64,000 bases of DNA from Candidatus Krumholzibacteriia bacterium (GTDB lineage Bacteria; Krumholzibacteriota; Krumholzibacteriia; JAJRXK01), in contig JBGPIA010000002.1 in assembly GCA_041484665.1 (NCBI GenBank), positions 256,001-320,000 on the forward strand, in the 5' to 3' direction. A model generated the notes under the pieces. The model searched no databases, was not told where the DNA came from, and worked only from the letters and a program-made list of their open reading frames with translations. The translations under genes were made by a program, and so were the position numbers. Positions 57,293-64,000 of the stretch are shown piece after piece (the stretch's first letter is position 1; each line of letters begins with the position of its first letter).

Positions 57293-57727
57293 TCAGCGCT
57301 CCTCCTGGGTGTCCACGACCAGGCTGAGACCCTCCACACCCGCGCTCTTCACGCTGCCCATCACGCGCACCACGAAGCCGTAGGGCACTTCCTCGTCGCT
57401 GCGCAGGAACACCGGGCGGGGATCGCCGGCGGGATGGATCTCCTTGAGGACGTCGGGAAGCTGCGCCAGCGCCACGGGATCGTTGTCCAGGTAGACGCGG
57501 CGTTGCTTGTCGAGGGTGATGATCACGCCCTCCAGCGTCGCCTTCGAGGTCGTGCGCGTGTGCGGAAGGGCGACCTCGATGTTCCCCTGCAGGAAGGGCG
57601 CGGTGAGCATGAAGATGATGAGCAACACCAGCATGACGTCCACCAGGGGCGTCACGTTGATCTCGGCCAGGCTGACGTACTGGGAGCGGCTCCCGCGGGG
57701 CGCGCCGCCTCGGAACAGCCCCATCAT
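57293..57727 (-). CDS. tolR: TolR/ExbD
   Basis: EINVTPLVDVMLVLLIIFM, VPYG. Confidence 0.92.
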   Translation of the reverse strand: MMGLFRGGAPRGSRSQYVSLAEINVTPLVDVMLVLLIIFMLTAPFLQGNIEVALPHTRTTSKATLEGVIITLDKQRRVYLDNDPVALAQLPDVLKEIHPAGDPRPVFLRSDEEVPYGFVVRVMGSVKSAGVEGLSLVVDTQEER

Positions 57728-58482
57728 GGGCGCGACCTCCCTTGCTGGAAGGCGGACGGCACGACATCCTCGCGCAGCTCCTCGCGCACCAGCAGATCGG
57801 TGAGCAACGAGCCCAGCTGCTGCAGGTCGTTGTCCTGCTGCTTCAGCCGCTGCACGAAATAGTTGTAGGCCACGGCAGCGGGGATGGCGACCGCCAGGCC
57901 GGCCACGGTGTTCACCAGCGCCTCGGCGATCCCCGGGCCCACCGCCTGCAGCGACGCCGAGCCCTGGTGGCCGATCTCCAGGAAGCTGATCAGGATGCCG
58001 TACACCGTTCCCAAGAGCCCCACGAACGGAGCGATGGACGTGAAGGTGGCCAGCCAGCTCACGCCGCGCTCCAGGCGGGCCATCTCGTCGGCGGCGACGC
58101 GGTCCACGCCGCGCGCGAGCATCTCCTCGAAGGTTCGCAGCTTCCCCTCGCCACCGCGCTGCGCGACATAGGGCGGCCAGAACTCCCGGCTGAACCAGGT
58201 GAAGGTGACCGCTAGCGGCGAATCGCGGCGCTGCTCCGCCCATCCGGCGAGGCGCCGCATGGCAGCGGCGTCCTCCCGTCCGGCGTGGAATTGCTCCCAG
58301 AAGCGGACGTTGCCGCGGGCCGCCTTCGACAGGCGGCGGGCGCGGTCCACCACCAGCGCCCACGAGAGCACCGACATCACGAACAGCACAAGCATGATCA
58401 CCTTGCCCAGCAAGGTGCTGCCGGAGATCAGCTCGCCCACGTCACCCATCAGCCCGGCCGGCCAAAGATTCGGCATCGGCAT
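57724..58482 (-). CDS. tolQ: TolQ/ExbB/MotA
   Basis: APFVGLLGTVYGI, PGIAEAL, GLAVAIPA. Confidence 0.92.
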   Translation of the reverse strand: MPMPNLWPAGLMGDVGELISGSTLLGKVIMLVLFVMSVLSWALVVDRARRLSKAARGNVRFWEQFHAGREDAAAMRRLAGWAEQRRDSPLAVTFTWFSREFWPPYVAQRGGEGKLRTFEEMLARGVDRVAADEMARLERGVSWLATFTSIAPFVGLLGTVYGILISFLEIGHQGSASLQAVGPGIAEALVNTVAGLAVAIPAAVAYNYFVQRLKQQDNDLQQLGSLLTDLLVREELREDVVPSAFQQGRSRP

Positions 58483-58812
58483 CGTGACTCCTCCAGCGCG
58501 CGCCTGCACCTCGAGTCGGCTGTGATCCTTCAGCCCCCGGGGCCGGGGGCGCCTTCCGCGACCAAGGCGGTCGCGATCCTGCGCGGGCCCGCCCTCACGG
58601 GCGGGGACGGAGACGGCTGGCGGGTGGGGGCCGCTCCGTGGCGACGGCTCTCAGCGATCAGGGGATGCCTGGGCTCCGGCGCGGGACGGGCCACAGGCAA
58701 GCGCCCACCCTACACGACCCCGCTGGCGGCCGGTCAAGGGAAACCTTCCCGGCAAACCACTTCCCGGCGGCGCCGGTCCCGCTCGCCCGGCCGGCGGCGC
58801 CCGACGCGGCGC

Positions 58813-59343
58813 TCAGCGCAGCGGAGGATCCGCAAACCGTACGTCGCCGCTGCGTCCCCCCGACTTGGCGCACAACCAGATCGGCCCGATGACCATCCCC
58901 CGGTCCGCGGCCTTGAGCATGTCGTAGACACACAGAAGCGCCGCGCTGCAGGCTGTCAAGGCCTCCATCTCGACCCCGGTGCGCCCGTGCAGTCCGACCT
59001 CCACCTGCACTTCCAGGACGCGCTGTCGCGGACGGCGGGTCCAACGCACCTCCACGGCTTCCACGGGCAGCTGGTGCGCGAGCGGGATCCACTCCCCCGT
59101 CTTCTTGGCGGCCGTCACGGCGGCCACCTGCGCCACGGACAGCGGGTCACCTTTGCCGGTGCCGCCGCGCCCGCGCAGTGCCTTCCAGCCGGCGGTCGAG
59201 AGGGACAGGCGTCCGCGCGCCACGGCCCGGCGGGCGGTCGTCTCTTTCGCCGAGACGTCCACCATCCGCGGCCGCCCGCGCACATCGAGATGGGTCAGCG
59301 CCCCGCCACCGCCGCGGCGCGCAACGCCCTTGGTCTGCACCAT
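58813..59343 (-). CDS. moaC: Cyclic pyranopterin monophosphate synthase
   Basis: LTHLD, MVDVSAK, KGD, TGVEMEALT, YDMLKA, KSGG. Confidence 0.95.
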   Translation of the reverse strand: MVQTKGVARRGGGGALTHLDVRGRPRMVDVSAKETTARRAVARGRLSLSTAGWKALRGRGGTGKGDPLSVAQVAAVTAAKKTGEWIPLAHQLPVEAVEVRWTRRPRQRVLEVQVEVGLHGRTGVEMEALTACSAALLCVYDMLKAADRGMVIGPIWLCAKSGGRSGDVRFADPPLR

Positions 59344-59543
59344 GGAAGATCCTCCGCCGGCGCATCATGCCCGCGAGGGCGGCGCGCGTCCAGGGGTGAC
59401 GCGGGTCGCGCACGCCCTCGAGCGCAGGCATGACGCGCCCGCCCCGGCGCGCGCGCATTGGGGACGCGAGCCGCGCGGGCGCTCGCGAGCACGGCGGCCG
59501 CGTGCCCGGGCCCGGCACGCGCTCGCGCAAGCGCGTGTGGAGC

Positions 59544-60329
59544 TCAGAAGCTGTAGACGCAGCGCAGGCCCCAGCTGTGCGCGTGCCCCTCGCCCACGAT
59601 GTCGCGGCTCAAGCTCAGGCCGCCCGCTCCGGTGACCTGCTTCTGATAGCTCTGGATCGAGTAGCGGTATTCCAGCGCGAGGGCGAAGTGGCGCGAGACG
59701 AAGCCCTCCAGCCCGCCCCCCACGTCCACCTGCCCACCACGCAGCGAGGCCTCCTCCAGCTGCGTCCCCTGCAGCGCCACCACCACGCCTCCCAGCCCGC
59801 CCGCCACGTAGGGCTGCAGGCGGCTGCCTTCGGAGAGGTGGGCGACGGCATCGAGCGTGAGTTGCGCGCAGCCGGCGTCGATCCCGGACTGGTCGGTCCC
59901 GTAGCGCGTCCCGAGCAGGGAGAGCTCCAACGCGAAGGCCGTGGAGAACGCGTAGCCGGCCGACACCTGCACGCCGGATCCGATTGGATCGAGGCGCACG
60001 CCGGTCACGGGGAGGTTACTGGCGTCGATATGGAGCGCGGCCGCGGCCAGCTGCAGCCCCACGTACCAGCCGGGGCGCGCCGTCGCGCCCCGGGCTTCGG
60101 ACAGCACCGTGGATTGAGCTGCGGACGTAGTTGAGGACGTAGTTGAGGACGCTTCCGCGGACCGCGTTGCGGACTGCGCCAGCGCGGTCCCCATGGGGAC
60201 CGCGCTGGCGGCGAGGCAACAGACCAGGGCCCAGGCCGTGGCTTTGCGCAGGCTGGCCTCGACCCTGCTCGCGCAGGGCGCGGCGCGGCGCGCGCGGGTC
60301 CGGCTACTGCTGTGCGACGGGTTCGCCAT
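59544..60329 (-). CDS. Outer-membrane beta-barrel protein (OmpA/OmpW-like 8-strand); start uncertain
   Basis: Signal peptide ALA-Q, GWYVG, PYVAGGLG, LEYRY, C-terminal YSF. Confidence 0.8.
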   Translation of the reverse strand: MANPSHSSSRTRARRAAPCASRVEASLRKATAWALVCCLAASAVPMGTALAQSATRSAEASSTTSSTTSAAQSTVLSEARGATARPGWYVGLQLAAAALHIDASNLPVTGVRLDPIGSGVQVSAGYAFSTAFALELSLLGTRYGTDQSGIDAGCAQLTLDAVAHLSEGSRLQPYVAGGLGGVVVALQGTQLEEASLRGGQVDVGGGLEGFVSRHFALALEYRYSIQSYQKQVTGAGGLSLSRDIVGEGHAHSWGLRCVYSF

Positions 60330-61971
60330 GGCAGAAGTCGACGTCGATCTCGGCACGGTTGCCTCCTTCGGTGATCTCCAGCGTGCCGTGGCCGCAGCCG
60401 GCGGCATCGACCTCGAGGTGGCCGCGCACGGTGCGCAGGGCATCGACGGCCGTGAAGTCGAGGAGCCGTCCGCCGTCGGCGAGCACTTCGACGTGGAAGT
60501 CGAGGACCGCGCCGCGGTCGTTTTCCACGTGCCCGAGCAGATCGGTGTCGTCAGCATTGGTGCGCAGCGAGACCGCCACGTGGCCATCGCGCCCGTCGTG
60601 CGTGCCGGTGAGAAGCCGGCCGCCGGCATCCGGCTGCACCATCAGATGGTCGTGCTCCACGAAGGCGTCGGCCCAGGTCACGTTCGAGTCGAGCTCGAAG
60701 CCCGAGCCTTCGGCCAGCGTGCGGCCGCCGATCTGCCGGCGCACGGGGTCCTGGCCCTGCGCGTAGCGCGTGTCGAGGCTGAAGGTGCCAGCGCCTCGGT
60801 CGAAGGAGCCGCTGGTGGTCGTGCCATCGCGCTCGGTGGCCGACAGGTCGTAGACCCCAGGCGAACTCTCCTGCAACGTGAGCGCGGCCACCGTGGCGTC
60901 GGCGTACTCGATCCGCCGGCTGAGCTCACCCCCGCCGCCGCATGTCCAATCGGCGGTGTCGAGCCAGCTTTGCAGGGCGCTCTCCTGCGCGAACACGATG
61001 TGGCGCGACAGGTGTCCTCCGCACGGCGTCTGCCCCTCGGCCACGGGCGAGGACGGAACGAGCGACTCCTCCACGCGCGGGCTCCCGCCGCCATGAGCGG
61101 TACCGGTGAAGCGGGTGAGGCGGTCGGCGCGTACGAAGCGATCGTCGCTGGGGTCGGCGAGCTCGTGCACGTCCACCTCCAGCGTGGTCACCACATCGAT
61201 CAGACGTGGGTGACCCGGCCGCGGCAGCCAGGTGGAGACCACGCTGACGCGGTCGCCCGAGCGCAGCCCACCGCTGTTGCGCTCGTCGACGGCGCGGATG
61301 AGTCTCTGCCCGCCGGCGAAGGTCAGCTCGCCGCGGTAGCTCAGCCACACGTCATCGGCGCTGCTCGGCAGGTCCGCGCCGCGGTCCAGCGCGACGGTCT
61401 CCTGCGCGCTGCGCAGCAGCGGGTGCGTGGCGGGCCAGGTCGTGACGAGCTCGATGCGCACGACCGGCGCGGGCGCGTCCTGGTACACGGAGATCTCGCT
61501 GATGGAGCCGTCGAGATTGTGGGAGATGGCGTGGTAGAGCAGGTCGCCGGGCTGTGGGTCGCGCGCGGGCGCGGCGTCCTTGGCCGCCGCGACTTGCAGC
61601 TGCGCCACCTGCGAGCACGCCTGCTGCGTCTGCGCGCTGGCGGACGCCAGCCGCGCGCCAAGGCTGGCTGCGCCTTGCGCGTCTGCTTGCGTGGGCAGCG
61701 CGCCGCCCAGCTCGGTGGCCAGCCCGGCGCTCTGCCCGGCGATGCCCTTGGCAAAGCCACCAGTGAGATCGTTGACGAGCTGCTCGGTGGCCAACAGTTC
61801 GTCGGCTTTGAGCGCCTGCTGGGCGCGCGCCAAGGCGGCGTCCTGCGAGCCTGCGGAGACAGCGCCGGGGCGGCTCGCGTCGTCGCTGCAGCCGCTGGCC
61901 AACAGCGCCAGCGTCAGCGCGGCGGGAACCAGCCCGCGCGGGGGCATTGCGAAGGGAGAGCGTGCGGACAT
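60304..61971 (-). CDS. Hypothetical beta-rich lipoprotein
   Basis: AGGAGG SD, LASGC lipobox, 555 aa, no recognised family. Confidence 0.75.
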   Translation of the reverse strand: MSARSPFAMPPRGLVPAALTLALLASGCSDDASRPGAVSAGSQDAALARAQQALKADELLATEQLVNDLTGGFAKGIAGQSAGLATELGGALPTQADAQGAASLGARLASASAQTQQACSQVAQLQVAAAKDAAPARDPQPGDLLYHAISHNLDGSISEISVYQDAPAPVVRIELVTTWPATHPLLRSAQETVALDRGADLPSSADDVWLSYRGELTFAGGQRLIRAVDERNSGGLRSGDRVSVVSTWLPRPGHPRLIDVVTTLEVDVHELADPSDDRFVRADRLTRFTGTAHGGGSPRVEESLVPSSPVAEGQTPCGGHLSRHIVFAQESALQSWLDTADWTCGGGGELSRRIEYADATVAALTLQESSPGVYDLSATERDGTTTSGSFDRGAGTFSLDTRYAQGQDPVRRQIGGRTLAEGSGFELDSNVTWADAFVEHDHLMVQPDAGGRLLTGTHDGRDGHVAVSLRTNADDTDLLGHVENDRGAVLDFHVEVLADGGRLLDFTAVDALRTVRGHLEVDAAGCGHGTLEITEGGNRAEIDVDFCHGEPVAQQ

Positions 61972-62047
61972 GGTCGAAACCCTCCTGGGTTGAGGCGTTC
62001 GGGGCGTCCACCCCCAGACCCGGTGCCTGGGCGTACCCCAGCCCATA

Positions 62048-62063
62048 TTCAAGCGCGAGGCCA
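62048..62063 (-). promoter_or_regulatory. Possible sigma-54 promoter of the lipoprotein/beta-barrel operon
   Basis: TGGCCTCGCGCTTGAA (GG-N10-GA variant) with an AT-rich tract upstream. Confidence 0.45.
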
Positions 62064-62164
62064 TGCACACTCCACTTGAGATGATGCCTGAAAGCTATTC
62101 CACAAAAATCACTTACATCAATTGAATTGGTCGTGGAACCTGGCCATCCAGGTGTGCCAACACG

Positions 62165-63559
62165 TCACGGTGTGTCCGCGGGGCCCGGGATGCGCAGGCC
62201 CAGTGCCCGGATACGCTTGTGCAGATGGGTGCGCTCCAACCCCAGGTCGGCCGCGGCGCGCGTCACGTTTCCGGCGTGCCGCGCGAGTGCGCCGCGGATC
62301 AGATCGCGCTCGAGTGCTTCCTTGGCGTCGCGCAAGGAAAGGTGCGCGTAGCGGCCGTCCCCGGCGGCTGCACATGAAGCGTCGTCGATCAGCGCTTCCC
62401 GCAGCTCAGCGGGCAGATCGGGTGGCCCGATCACTTCGCCAGGCGCCAGGATCACCAGCCGCTCGACCAGATTGATCAGCTCGCGCACGTTGCCCGGCCA
62501 GGCGTACGCGGCCAGCAGCTTCATCGCCGTGGGGCTCACCGTCCTGCCCGGACGATCGTGGCGCGCCCCGAAGCCCTGCAGGAAGCGCTCGACCAAGAGT
62601 GGCACGTCGCCCGCCCGCTCGCGCAGCGATGGCACCCGCAGCGGCACGACGTTGAGCCGGAAGAAGAGGTCCTCGCGGAAGCGACCACGCTCGACCAACG
62701 CGCCCAGGTCTTGGTGGGTCGCCGCCAGCACGCGCACGTCGACCTTGAGGGTCTGCGTGCTGCCCACCGGCTCGAGCTCGCCCTCCTGTAGTACGCGCAG
62801 CACCTTGGCCTGGGCCCGCAGGCTCATCTCGCCGATCTCATCCAGCAGCAGGGTGCCGCCGTCTGCCGCGGCGAAGCGCCCCTGCCGGTCGGCGACCGCG
62901 CCGGTGTACGCGCCCTTCATCGCGCCGAACAGCTCGCCCTCGATGAGCTCGTCGGGGATCGCGGCGCAGTTGACCTTCAAAAACGGCGCGCCGGCGCGGC
63001 TGCTGCCGCGGTGGAGCGCCCGCGCCACGAGCTCCTTGCCTGTCCCGCTCTCGCCCAAGATCAGCACGCGCGCGTCGGTCACGGCGACGCGGGCGATCGC
63101 CTCGCGCAGTGCCGCCATGGCGGGGCTCTCCCCCAGCAGATCGTCGGCGGGCTGCTGCCGCAGCTCCGCATTCTGTGCCCGCAGGCGGGTGCTCTCGGCG
63201 GCGTTGCGCGCCAAGAGCAGGATGCGCTCGCGCGCGAAGGGCTTTTCGAGGAAGTCGAACGCCCCCAGCCGCGTCGCCTCCACGGCACGCTCGACGGTGG
63301 CGTGCCCGCTGATCATGACCACCGCAAGCTGCGGGCGCGCCGCGCGCAATGTGCGCAACGCGGCGATGCCGTCCAGCCCGGGCAGCTGCACGTCGAGGAA
63401 GACGGCATCGACGTCGTGGCCCTGCACGTGGGCAAGAGCCTCCTCCGCGCTGCCCACGCAGGTGACCGAGAACCCCTCCCCGCGCAGGATCAGCTCGAGG
63501 CTGCGGCGGATGTTCAGCTCGTCGTCGACGATGAGGATGCTGGGCGTGTGCGCCTTCAC
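62165..63559 (-). CDS. Sigma-54-dependent response regulator (NtrC/NtrX family)
   Basis: Receiver IVDDE, GESGTGKE, GAYTGA, LDEIG, WPGNVREL, Fis-type HTH. Confidence 0.93.
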   Translation of the reverse strand: MKAHTPSILIVDDELNIRRSLELILRGEGFSVTCVGSAEEALAHVQGHDVDAVFLDVQLPGLDGIAALRTLRAARPQLAVVMISGHATVERAVEATRLGAFDFLEKPFARERILLLARNAAESTRLRAQNAELRQQPADDLLGESPAMAALREAIARVAVTDARVLILGESGTGKELVARALHRGSSRAGAPFLKVNCAAIPDELIEGELFGAMKGAYTGAVADRQGRFAAADGGTLLLDEIGEMSLRAQAKVLRVLQEGELEPVGSTQTLKVDVRVLAATHQDLGALVERGRFREDLFFRLNVVPLRVPSLRERAGDVPLLVERFLQGFGARHDRPGRTVSPTAMKLLAAYAWPGNVRELINLVERLVILAPGEVIGPPDLPAELREALIDDASCAAAGDGRYAHLSLRDAKEALERDLIRGALARHAGNVTRAAADLGLERTHLHKRIRALGLRIPGPADTP

Positions 63560-64000
63560 GTGCCCTCCGGGTTGTTGGGTCCGCCGGGCGGCGCCACCGG
63601 CCAAGCCGAGGGCGGGGCAGCCGCGGTCGGATGGCCCGGCGCGCCCGCGGCGGGGCGCGGCAGCTGCAGCACGAATCGAGCGCCGCCGGCGGCGCCCGCG
63701 GCGGCCGCGATCGAGCCGCCGTGCGCCAGAGCGATCCCCTTCACCAGCGCCAACCCCAGGCCGAGTCCTCCGGCACGCCCGCTGTGGTAGGGCTCGAATA
63801 CGCGCTCGCGCAACGACGGCGGGATGCCCGGGCCATTGTCCTCGATCTCCACGACCACCCAGTCAGAGTCGGCGCGGCTGCGCAGGATCAACCGCGCGTC
63901 CGCGCGGCCGGCCAGCGCGTGGCGGGAGTTGTCGGCCAGGTTCATGAGCAGCTGCCGCAGCAGATCCTCGTCGGCCTCGATCTCGCCCAGGCCCTCCTGC
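63556..64000 (-). CDS. Sensor histidine kinase, C-terminal HATPase part (truncated by the window edge)
   Basis: NLADNS, EDNGPG, FEPY, GLGLGL, HGG. Confidence 0.88.
   Translation of the reverse strand, partial: QEGLGEIEADEDLLRQLLMNLADNSRHALAGRADARLILRSRADSDWVVVEIEDNGPGIPPSLRERVFEPYHSGRAGGLGLGLALVKGIALAHGGSIAAAAGAAGGARFVLQLPRPAAGAPGHPTAAAPPSAWPVAPPGGPNNPEGT

Overview
High-GC bacterial chromosomal window, mostly minus-strand and dominated by cell-envelope genes. It is probably from an FCB-related candidate lineage; this is inferred only from an S8 protease with a PNPFNP/FlgD-Ig-type C-terminus. Left to right: (1) a Wzx/Wzy polysaccharide locus (1-25.1 kb) with the N-terminus of an AsnB-like amidotransferase, two paralogous GT-C-like membrane proteins, two flippases, an AlgI-type MBOAT plus three SGNH proteins, a Wzy/O-antigen ligase, an ArnE/F-like transporter, two GT4s, a nucleotidyltransferase plus phosphodiesterase pair, a degenerate CapB-type kinase, an ExeA-SPOR ATPase, GumC/Wzz and Wza behind a near-consensus sigma-54 promoter; (2) a priming sugar transferase followed by UbiA prenyltransferase, acpS, phytol/dolichol-type kinase, HpnA/farnesol-dehydrogenase-like SDR and DUF92, resembling an isoprenoid-alcohol salvage pathway; (3) a GT39 and an LPS core locus (msbA, waaF, gmhB, heptose adenylyltransferase, three more GT9s, GT4, GT2, DUF3108, FAD oxidoreductase plus aldo-keto reductase); (4) hsp20-lon, DUF72 and lexA, with a ~360-nt imperfect inverted repeat between DUF72 and lexA; (5) S8 protease, cupin, tolQRAB-pal-cpoB, moaC; (6) an orphan lipoprotein plus OM beta-barrel and a two-component sensor/sigma-54 activator pair at the right edge. 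No rRNA, tRNA, CRISPR array or transposase was recognised. All family calls come from motif recognition by eye, not database searches.
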